Source: Candidatus Limnocylindria bacterium (GTDB taxonomy: Bacteria > Chloroflexota > Limnocylindria > P2-11E). From it: DNA of 64,000 nt. The notes beneath the pieces were generated by a model. That model was not told the DNA's origin. It saw only the letters and a list, made by a program, of their open reading frames with translations, and did not search any database. A program made the position numbers and the translations under genes. The DNA is taken from NCBI GenBank assembly GCA_036001645.1, contig DASYUC010000045.1:14-64013 (forward strand). The letters run 5' to 3'. Shown here in pieces: positions 18,630 through 25,923 of this stretch (positions are counted from its first letter, which is position 1; each line of letters starts with the position of its first letter).

Positions 18630-18916
18630 CGGCGCGGACTCTGGCGTGCGCGATGCGCAACGCTCGGCGTGTGTCCCATGTGGCGGTCGCAGCGTGTGTG
18701 CGAGGACGGTACGCCGGGCGGCGGACGACGAGTCTTGCGTGGATGCTTGAGAGAGGAGGCACTGAGATGAACGCCGATCGCAAGATGCGCGCGAGCGACG
18801 ATGAGGCCCGCGCGCGCCGTTCCCGCCGGATCCATGCATTCCTTGGCGGTTGGGCGCAACGCCACTGGCCCGACCGCGTGACCCACTTCGGGAGGCGCTA
18901 GCCTCCGCCCGTACCG

Positions 18917-19564
18917 ATCCGCTGGGTCACCTTCGACTGCTACGGCACGCTCATCGACTGGGAGCGGGGGATCGCCGATGCGCTCCTGCCGCTCCTCCCC
19001 GAACGCACCGACCGCGGCGAGCTCGCGCGCCGCTACATCCGCGTGGAAGCGCAGGTCGAAGCCGAGGCCTACCGTCCGTATCGCGACGTGCTGGACGTGG
19101 CGGGTGTGCGGGTGCTCGCGTCACTCGGCATCGATGCGCCGTCGCCGCTGCCCGCGTCGCTCCCGAGCTGGCGGCCGTTCGCCGAGGTGCCCGCCGCGCT
19201 CGGGGAGCTGCGGCGGCGCGGCCGGAAGATCGCGATCCTGTCGAACGTCGACCGGGATCTCATCGCCTCCTCGATACCGCAGCTCGGGCTCGCGCCCGAT
19301 CTCGTCGTGACGGCGCAGGACTGCGGCAGCTACAAGCCCGCGTCCCGCCACTGGCGGATGTTCAGCGAGCGAAGCGCCGCCGGCCCCGACGACACCATTC
19401 ACGTCGGCGCGAGCCAGTACCACGACATGCGGCCCGCGGCGTCGCTCGGCTACCGGACGGTCTTCATCGACCGGCACAGCGAAGCGCTCGAGACGTCGCC
19501 AACGCGTGTCCTCTCCGATCTCTCGACGCTGCCTGATGTGATCGAGGAGCTCGCGCGCGCGTGA
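18917..19564 (+). CDS. HAD-superfamily hydrolase (type II haloacid-dehalogenase-like); start codon unresolved
   Basis: HAD motif I (VTFDCYGTLIDWE) lies between an in-frame TAG at 18899 and the first canonical start (GTG at 19043). The only start-like codon upstream of the motif is ATC at 18917. Later motifs SNVD and SYKP...HVGAS..HD are present. Confidence 0.65.
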   Translation: MRWVTFDCYGTLIDWERGIADALLPLLPERTDRGELARRYIRVEAQVEAEAYRPYRDVLDVAGVRVLASLGIDAPSPLPASLPSWRPFAEVPAALGELRRRGRKIAILSNVDRDLIASSIPQLGLAPDLVVTAQDCGSYKPASRHWRMFSERSAAGPDDTIHVGASQYHDMRPAASLGYRTVFIDRHSEALETSPTRVLSDLSTLPDVIEELARA

Positions 19565-20772
19565 AGGCACCGCGCATCTTCCTGCCGCTCCGGCATCGCG
19601 ACTTCCGGCTCCTGTGGTCCGGTCAGACGCTCACGCTCCTTGGCTCATTCGTCTCGCAGGTCGCGTATCCGTTCCAGATCCTTCAGCTCGGTGGATCGGC
19701 CATCGAGCTCGGAGCGCTCGCCTCCATCTTCACCGCGGCGAGCCTCGTCTTCCTGCTGCTGGGCGGTGCCATCGCCGATCGGGTCCCGCGGCGGACGCTC
19801 ATCATCGTCACCGAGCTCGGCAGCGGTGTGATCACCGCGGTCGTTTCACTGCTCGGCTATTCCGGCACGCTCCAGATCTGGCATCTCTATGTGGCCGTCG
19901 CGCTCTTTGGCGCGGCGGTCTCGTTCAGCGCCCCGGCGATCGGCGCGATGATCCCCGAGCTCGTGCCGGAGGAGATCCTGGTCCCGGGGAATGCGGTCCG
20001 CGGGCTGTCGCGCCAGGCGTCGCGGACCGGCGGTCCGGTCATCGGGGGACTACTCGTCGCGACGGCGGGACCACCGGCTGCCTTTGCCTTTGATGCCCTG
20101 ACGTTCTTCGTGTCGGCGGTGGCCGTCTGGCTCATCCGTGCGCGGCCGATCGTCGCGCCGAAGGCCGCGACGTCGATCCTCGCTGAGATCCGCGAGGGGC
20201 TCGCCTTCGTCTTCGCGACGCAGTGGCTGTGGGTCACGATCTTCGGCTGGTCGCTCATCAACGCCGGTTTCATCGGCGCGTTCGTCGTCGGCCTGCCGCT
20301 CCTCGTCACCGACGTCCTCCGTGCCGGCGCGGTCACCTTCGGTTTCATCACCGCCGCGATGGGAGCGGGTGAGGCGCTCGGCGCGGCGATCATCGGTCAG
20401 CTGCGTATTCGCCGCGCGGGTGTCGCGATATATCTCTTCGGCGCCGGGGGCGGCGCGGGCCTTCTCATCTTTGGCCTCGTGCCGACGTTGCCCGGTGCTC
20501 TGGTCGCCGGCCTGCTGATCGGATTCAGCTTCGTGTGCCTCGGGGTCCTCTGGGAGAGCGCCCTGCAGCGTCACGTGCCTCGTCAGATGCTCGGCCGCGT
20601 CACGAGCGTGGACTGGTTCGGCGGCACGCTCCTCGGACCGATCGCCCCGATCGCCGCGGCGCTCATCACCGACGCCTATGGACCGCCCACCCTGTTCATC
20701 GTCGCCGGCTGCATCGCGACCGCTCTCAGTCTCCTCGGGCTGGTGCTGCCATCGATCCGGCGGCTGGAATGA
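19561..20772 (+). CDS. MFS transporter (DHA3/EntS-like pattern)
   Basis: The N-terminus is RHRDFRLLWSGQTLTLLGSFVSQVAYPF, with ADRVPRR and 12 hydrophobic segments. The GTG start overlaps the HAD stop (GTGA). Confidence 0.85.
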   Translation: MKAPRIFLPLRHRDFRLLWSGQTLTLLGSFVSQVAYPFQILQLGGSAIELGALASIFTAASLVFLLLGGAIADRVPRRTLIIVTELGSGVITAVVSLLGYSGTLQIWHLYVAVALFGAAVSFSAPAIGAMIPELVPEEILVPGNAVRGLSRQASRTGGPVIGGLLVATAGPPAAFAFDALTFFVSAVAVWLIRARPIVAPKAATSILAEIREGLAFVFATQWLWVTIFGWSLINAGFIGAFVVGLPLLVTDVLRAGAVTFGFITAAMGAGEALGAAIIGQLRIRRAGVAIYLFGAGGGAGLLIFGLVPTLPGALVAGLLIGFSFVCLGVLWESALQRHVPRQMLGRVTSVDWFGGTLLGPIAPIAAALITDAYGPPTLFIVAGCIATALSLLGLVLPSIRRLE

Positions 20773-20849
20773 AACCTGCGAGGTAGTCGTCGCGCGCTAC
20801 GATTGCGCTGACGCCGGGACCGGCTTAGCCGGCCTGGACGGAGGTTCAA

Positions 20850-21761
20850 ATGGAAACGCAACATCCGACTGCCGGTTCCTCGTACGGCGGCGCGCCCGCC
20901 ATCGCGAAGAAGGTCACCGTTCCCGATGTCGTCGCGATGAAGCGCGACGGCAAACGCATCACGATGATGACCGCCTACGACGCCGCGTTCGCGCGACTCG
21001 TCGAGCAGGCGGGCATCGACATCATCCTCGTCGGCGATTCGCTCGGCATGGTCGTGCTCGGCTATCCGAACACCGTGCCGGTCACGATGGACGACATGGT
21101 CCGGCACGCCGCCGCCGTCTCGCGCGGCGCCTCACGCCCGCTGCTCGTCGGTGACATGCCGTTCGGCTCGTACCAGACGGGGCCGACCGACGCGCTCCGG
21201 AACGCCGCGCGCTTCCTGAAGGAGTCGGGCATGGACGCGGTGAAGCTCGAGGGCGGACACGAGACCGTGCCACTCGTGAAGGCGCTCGTCGACAACGGTA
21301 TCGCGGTCATGGCGCACGTCGGTCTCACGCCCCAGCGCGTCGCGCAGTTCGGCGGCTTCAAGACGCAGGCGAAGAGCGCGCGTGCCGCGCGCCGGCTCAT
21401 CGACGACGCGGTCGCGCTCGAGGACGCGGGCGCCTTCTCCATCGTGCTCGAGTCCATCCCGGCGCCGGTCGCCGCGATGGTGACCGAGCGGCTTTCGATC
21501 CCGACCATCGGTATCGGCGCGGGTGTCGATTGCGATGGCCAGGTACTCGTGCTGCACGATGTGCTCGGGCTCTACGGCGACTTCAAGCCGAAGTTCGCCA
21601 AGCGCTACGGCGAGATCGGCACGGCTGTGGTCGACGCACTGCGCGCGTTCGACACCGACGTGCGAGAGGGGCGCTTCCCCGATGCGGAGCACAGCTTCAC
21701 CATGAAGGAGAGCGAGCTCACCGCCCTGCGGCAGAACGTCACGCGCCCGAAGGCGGTCTGA
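20850..21761 (+). CDS. panB: 3-methyl-2-oxobutanoate hydroxymethyltransferase
   Basis: The motifs are ITMMTAYDAAFARLVEQAGIDIILVGDSLGMVVLGY...VGDMPFGSY...VKLEGG...MAHVGLTPQ. Confidence 0.92.
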   Translation: METQHPTAGSSYGGAPAIAKKVTVPDVVAMKRDGKRITMMTAYDAAFARLVEQAGIDIILVGDSLGMVVLGYPNTVPVTMDDMVRHAAAVSRGASRPLLVGDMPFGSYQTGPTDALRNAARFLKESGMDAVKLEGGHETVPLVKALVDNGIAVMAHVGLTPQRVAQFGGFKTQAKSARAARRLIDDAVALEDAGAFSIVLESIPAPVAAMVTERLSIPTIGIGAGVDCDGQVLVLHDVLGLYGDFKPKFAKRYGEIGTAVVDALRAFDTDVREGRFPDAEHSFTMKESELTALRQNVTRPKAV

Positions 21762-21782
21762 TCCATCGGCGATCCCGACCGG

Positions 21783-22622
21783 CTGCGCGTCGCGATCATC
21801 GGGATGGGCGCGATCGGCCACGTCGTCGAGAAGGCGCTCGCGGGCCGCGCTGACATCGTTCCCGTCGATCGCACCAGCGCGCCGCTGCGCGCGGATGAGG
21901 AAGTGGTCGACGCCGCTGTCGTCTGCGTGAAGACGCATGGCACCGCGTGGGCGGTGGACGTCGCACGACGGATCCTCGCTCCGCGGGGCGTGGCGATCAC
22001 GATCCAGAACGGTCTCGGCAACTACGAGGCCCTCGCGGCGGCCGTGGGCGAGGAACGCGCCGCGGTCGGCGTGATCTACGTCGGTGCGCGGCTCGACGAG
22101 CGGGGCGAGCTGCACGCGACGGGGCCCGGACGCGTCGAGCTGGGGCGACCGCGCGGCAGCGCGCCGCGCCGCGCCTTCGACGCGCTCGTGACTGCTCTCA
22201 GCCGTGGCGGCATGACGGTCAGCGCGAAGGACGACGCGTGGCCCTCGGTCTGGCGGAAGATCGCCACGAACGCGGCCGTGAATCCGACGACCGCGCTTCT
22301 CGGCTACACGAACGCCGAGCTTCTCGCCGACATCGCCGGTTCGCGCGTCGCCGACGGCCTCGCGGCGGAGGTCGCACGCGTCGCGACCGCCGCGGGTGTC
22401 GCGATGGGCGAGGACGAGGCGCGGCGCTGGTGGCGCGAGATGGCGCAGCTCACCGGCGCCAATCGCTCCTCGATGCTGCAGGACGTGCTGGCGGGACGAC
22501 CCACGGAGGTGGACGCGATCTGCGGCGCGGTCCATCGCGAAGGCGAGCGTCGCGGCATCGGCGCGCCGCTCAATCAGGCGATGACGGTCCTCGTGTCTGC
22601 GCTCACCAGGGAACGCGCCTAG
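21783..22622 (+). CDS. panE: 2-dehydropantoate 2-reductase; probable non-canonical start
   Basis: The Rossmann strand and glycine loop (RVAIIGMGAIGHVV) begin upstream of the first ATG at 21804. The only candidates are CTG at 21783 or ATC at 21765. The family tail is NRSSMLQDVLAGRPTEVDAI. Confidence 0.8.
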   Translation: MRVAIIGMGAIGHVVEKALAGRADIVPVDRTSAPLRADEEVVDAAVVCVKTHGTAWAVDVARRILAPRGVAITIQNGLGNYEALAAAVGEERAAVGVIYVGARLDERGELHATGPGRVELGRPRGSAPRRAFDALVTALSRGGMTVSAKDDAWPSVWRKIATNAAVNPTTALLGYTNAELLADIAGSRVADGLAAEVARVATAAGVAMGEDEARRWWREMAQLTGANRSSMLQDVLAGRPTEVDAICGAVHREGERRGIGAPLNQAMTVLVSALTRERA

Positions 22623-22702
22623 GACCGGTCTCTTGCCTCTCCAAACGCGCCGGACGCGTTGACCGTTAGCGAATCGAAGCCATTCGCGACGGAGGTATGA
22701 CC

Positions 22703-23122
22703 ATGCGCATCTTTACCGTGATCGCGGCCGCAGCCGGGCTGGTGCTGAGCGTCGCGGTCGCCTACGCGCACGAGCCCCCGGAGTGGACGTCGGACCTGAA
22801 GGACGGCGGCGGCCCGCCGGCCTGGGTCGAGGACGTCAAGACTGACGGCGGTCCGCCCGCCTTCGTAGAGACCAGCGGCGGCGCAGCGGACGAGGACGCC
22901 GCGATCGACGAGGAGGCGACGACGGATGAGGAGGCGACCGAGGGCGCGGCGGGCGAGAACAGTGCCAACGTTCCCGAGTGGGTCGCCGATGTGAAGGCAG
23001 ATGGCGGCCCACCCGCGTGGGTGGAGGATGTGAAGGCCGACGGTGGCCCGCCGGCGTGGGTCGAGGACGTCAGGACCACTCCAGCGGCCGCGACGGCGTC
23101 GCAGAAGAGGGCCGTCCCCTAG
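22703..23122 (+). CDS. Secreted acidic repeat protein (PEW..D.K.DGGPPAWVEDVK repeats), unknown family
   Basis: The signal peptide is MRIFTVIAAAAGLVLSVAVAYA. GGAGG lies 7 nt before the ATG at 22703. There are four DGGPPA(W/F)VE repeats and an Asp/Glu-rich spacer. GC3 is high in this frame. Confidence 0.65.
   Translation: MRIFTVIAAAAGLVLSVAVAYAHEPPEWTSDLKDGGGPPAWVEDVKTDGGPPAFVETSGGAADEDAAIDEEATTDEEATEGAAGENSANVPEWVADVKADGGPPAWVEDVKADGGPPAWVEDVRTTPAAATASQKRAVP
22778..23073 (+). repeat. Degenerate coding repeats encoding PEW..D(L/V)K.DGGPPAWVEDVK units
   Basis: There are four DGGPPA(W/F)VE copies in two pairs separated by an acidic spacer. The last two copies are near-identical at the protein level. 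Confidence 0.8.
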
Positions 23123-23796
23123 CCGTCCGTCGCGACGAGGTCGATCTCGAGTCTCACGTCGTCGACGACCGACAAGATGAGGCGGTTGGCGGGCACGGCC
23201 ATGCCGTAGTCGCCGAACGTGAACGCGGTCGCGCCACGGACGCGGATCTCGCCCGCTGACCGCGTCACGTGTACCGGCCACGTGAGCGGGCGTTCGACTC
23301 CGTGGATCTTCATCGTGCCCTCGAGCGTGGCGGTCCACTCGCCCTGCGGCGCGAGCGGCATCGGTATGCCGTTCACGCGCGCGAGCGTGAATTCCGCGCG
23401 CGGGTAGACGCGAGTGTTGAGCGTGTTGAACTTGATCCACTCGTCACGCAGTGACTCGTCGCTCTTGAGCGTGTCGAGGTCGGCCGCGAGAGCGGACCCG
23501 CCCGCGAAAGCGCCGTCGGGCAGGAGAACGATCGTGCCGCTGAACGCGCGCGTCGTCAGGATCGCGTCACCGGGCGCCGGTATCGCCGCGACCTGCTCGC
23601 GCACGCGCACGGTCGCGAGGGACCGGTCGGCGACGATCGTGAAGCGGCGCGCACCAGCCGGGACCGCCGGCGCGCTCGCCGTCGGCGTCGCGAGCGGTGA
23701 GGGTGTCGGTGTCAACGCTGGCGCCGATGCCTGCGGCGTGGAGCATGAGATGAGGCCTCCGATCGCCACGACAGCGAGCGCGATACGGGAAGGCAT
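23119..23796 (-). CDS. YceI-like family lipoprotein (paralogue of 4064-4765)
   Basis: The lipobox is GGLISC. The sequence ATVRVREQVAAIPAPGDAILT...SDESLRDEWIKFNTL...LEGTMKIHGVERPLT is colinear with the first YceI-like protein. The start is the internal ATG at 23796. Confidence 0.8.
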   Translation of the reverse strand: MPSRIALAVVAIGGLISCSTPQASAPALTPTPSPLATPTASAPAVPAGARRFTIVADRSLATVRVREQVAAIPAPGDAILTTRAFSGTIVLLPDGAFAGGSALAADLDTLKSDESLRDEWIKFNTLNTRVYPRAEFTLARVNGIPMPLAPQGEWTATLEGTMKIHGVERPLTWPVHVTRSAGEIRVRGATAFTFGDYGMAVPANRLILSVVDDVRLEIDLVATDG

Positions 23797-23890
23797 GCGG
23801 ACCTCCGGCCGACCGAAGATGCGCACGCCGCCGCGGCGGACGGTCTTTCCGCCGGGCCGGAGACCGGAGCGAGCTCCCTCTCCATGCAAC

Positions 23891-25069
23891 CTACGCTGGC
23901 GACAGGTACCGCGTGCCGGCGTCTTTGGTTCGGGCCGCGGCGATCAGCGCGATCCCTGACAGCACGAGGAAGACGGCGGCCAGCCAGCCGTACGCCGCGC
24001 CGATGCCGATCGCGCCTGCGATGCCCCCGAAGATCGGCGCGGCAACGCCGCCGACGGGCTGATTGACGAGGTAGTACGTGCCGAGGACCGTCGACCGCCG
24101 CTCGGGCGGTGTGTTGTCGACGATGAGCACCTCGGTCGTCGTGGCGCGGATCGAGAACGAGATGCCGATCAGGAGGAGCGGCAGGAACACCAGCTCGCTT
24201 GGGACGACGGTGAGCGCCCACGCCGCCGGTCCCATGAGCGCGAGGCCCAGTAGCAGGACGATGCGCCGGCCGAAGCGGTCGGAGAGGGTCCCCGCCATCG
24301 GAGCGCCGACGAGCCCGGCGAGCTGCGGGACGCCGAACAGCGCCGCGGCCACGCCGGGCGAGATCCCGCGCGCGTCGACGAGATACGTGCTGAGAAATGC
24401 CAGCGCCGCCGAGAGCACGACCTGGAACACGATCGACAGCGAGACGAGCGCGCCGACGCGCCGCGCGACGGCGGCGATGTCGCTGCCCGTCGCGAGCCAG
24501 CTGTGGCGGCCGGTCGACCTGATGCCCATCGGCGCGACGCGCCAGATGAGGACCGCGCACAGGATGGGGGCGAGCGCGAATGCGAGGTAAGGCGTCCGCC
24601 ATGTGCCGGCGGTCGCGAGGATGCCGGCGAGGAGCGGCGCCGCGAAGAACGACAGGTGCCCCGCCGTCGTGTGCGTGCCCATCGCCATGCCGCGGCGCGA
24701 GGAGAACAGCTCCGCGATGAGGGCGGACGCCGGCGCGTGATAGGTGCCGCTCGCGATCCCCATGACCGCGAGGAAGGCGAGCAGCTGCCAGTACTCGGTC
24801 GACAGTCCGATCGCGACGCTTGAGAGTCCGATGAGGACGAGACCCCACACGATGACGCGCCGCGCGCCGATGCGGTCCGCGAGCACGCCGAGCGGCGCGT
24901 TGGTCACACCGGATGCGATCGAGTAGGCGCTGACGAGGAATCCGGCGCCCGTGTACGACAGCCCGAAGGCGCTCTGGATGAACGGCAGTAGCGCGCTGAG
25001 CAGGCTGTTCGTGACGTGATGTGCGAAGTGGGCGACGCTGAAGGAGACGAGGAGCGCACGCCGCGTCAA
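23891..25069 (-). CDS. MFS transporter, last gene of the glycoside operon
   Basis: There are twelve hydrophobic segments with LGVLADRIGARRV. The TTG at 25069 overlaps the panC stop (TTGA). The 595-aa track ORF is an antisense-of-panC extension. Confidence 0.8.
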   Translation of the reverse strand: MTRRALLVSFSVAHFAHHVTNSLLSALLPFIQSAFGLSYTGAGFLVSAYSIASGVTNAPLGVLADRIGARRVIVWGLVLIGLSSVAIGLSTEYWQLLAFLAVMGIASGTYHAPASALIAELFSSRRGMAMGTHTTAGHLSFFAAPLLAGILATAGTWRTPYLAFALAPILCAVLIWRVAPMGIRSTGRHSWLATGSDIAAVARRVGALVSLSIVFQVVLSAALAFLSTYLVDARGISPGVAAALFGVPQLAGLVGAPMAGTLSDRFGRRIVLLLGLALMGPAAWALTVVPSELVFLPLLLIGISFSIRATTTEVLIVDNTPPERRSTVLGTYYLVNQPVGGVAAPIFGGIAGAIGIGAAYGWLAAVFLVLSGIALIAAARTKDAGTRYLSPA

Positions 25070-25923
25070 CGCAGGTCCGCCACGTCCATGCCGAGGAGCA
25101 CATTGTCGATGAGCCGCGCCCGGCCCACCCGCGCCGCGAGGGAGATGACCGCCGTGTCGGCGGGCGCGTCGAGCGCGTCGAGCTCGGCGAGCGTCAGCGG
25201 GTCGGCGACCGAGACGTACTCGAGCGAAACGCTGGGCACGTCGGTATAGCGCCGAACCGCGTTGCTCAGACGAACAGGGTGGCGCATTCCCTGCTCCCAC
25301 AGATCGCGCGCCCGGAAGAGACCCCGCGACAGCGCGACCGCGTCGCGGCGCTGCTCCGGCGTGAGGTACGCGTTGCGCGACGACATCGCGAGGCCGTCGG
25401 GTTCCCGCACGATCGGGCAGCCGACGATGTCCGCACCCAGGCGGAGATCGCGCGCGATCGTCTGGAGCACGCGCAGCTGCTGGAAATCCTTCTGTCCGAA
25501 GAACGCGATGTCGGGCCGCACGATCGCCAGCAGCTTCGCGACGACCGTCGCCACGCCGACGAAGTGGCCGGGCCGCGCGGCACCCTCGAGCGGCGCCGCG
25601 ATCGGCCCGGGCGTGACGCGCGTCGCGTCGCCTGGGGGGTAGATCTCCGCGACGGGTGGCACGAAGGCCGCGGCGCACGCGTGCTGCTCGAGCAGCGCGA
25701 TGTCCTCGGCCTCGCGCCGCGGATACGCCGCGAAGTCCTCGCTCGGCCCGAACTGCGTCGGGTTGACGAAGATCGAGGCGATCGCTGCGTCCGTCTCACG
25801 CACCGCGCGCTCCACGAGCGACAGGTGTCCCGCGTGCAGCGCGCCCATCGTGGGCACCAGTCCGACGCGCCGCACGCCCGCGCGCCAGGCGCGCACGTCG
25901 GAGACGGTGCGGAGGACCTTCAA
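25066..25923 (-). CDS. panC: Pantoate--beta-alanine ligase
   Basis: The motifs are GLVPTMGALHAGHLSLV...IFVNPTQFGP.EDF..YPR...GHF.GV.TVV.KL...FGQKDFQQ...REPDGLAMSSRN. The TTG start at 25923 overlaps the upstream stop (TTGA). Confidence 0.9.
   Translation of the reverse strand: MKVLRTVSDVRAWRAGVRRVGLVPTMGALHAGHLSLVERAVRETDAAIASIFVNPTQFGPSEDFAAYPRREAEDIALLEQHACAAAFVPPVAEIYPPGDATRVTPGPIAAPLEGAARPGHFVGVATVVAKLLAIVRPDIAFFGQKDFQQLRVLQTIARDLRLGADIVGCPIVREPDGLAMSSRNAYLTPEQRRDAVALSRGLFRARDLWEQGMRHPVRLSNAVRRYTDVPSVSLEYVSVADPLTLAELDALDAPADTAVISLAARVGRARLIDNVLLGMDVADLR

Noticed and set aside
18653-18901. An 82-aa plus-strand ORF ending at the TAG in frame with the HAD gene, raising the possibility of a read-through fusion.
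   Set aside because: The sequence is Arg-rich with no family resemblance, and its frame continuity with HAD is probably coincidental. It is kept only as context for the HAD start problem.
21759-21761. The idea that TGA is recoded (as an alternative genetic code or selenocysteine) at the panB/panE junction.
   Set aside because: TGA terminates many conserved proteins in this window at their expected C-termini (lepA, panC, USP-GpgS, GT4, the ABC ATPase, the S8 peptidase). I saw no SECIS-like hairpin just downstream. A non-canonical start for panE is the simpler explanation.
22619-23440. A 273-aa minus-strand ORF covering the acidic-repeat gene and part of the YceI paralogue.
   Set aside because: It is out of frame with the YceI-like protein and has no start context. 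The plus-strand ORF has a GGAGG SD, a clean signal peptide and an internally consistent peptide repeat.
23712-25678. Two ORFs: the N-terminal 200-aa extension of the MFS ORF (the 595-aa version) and the 463-aa ORF at 23712-25103.
   Set aside because: The extension is antisense to panC and is Arg/Ala-rich. The hydrophobic transporter body begins at the TTG at 25069, which forms a TTGA overlap with the panC stop.
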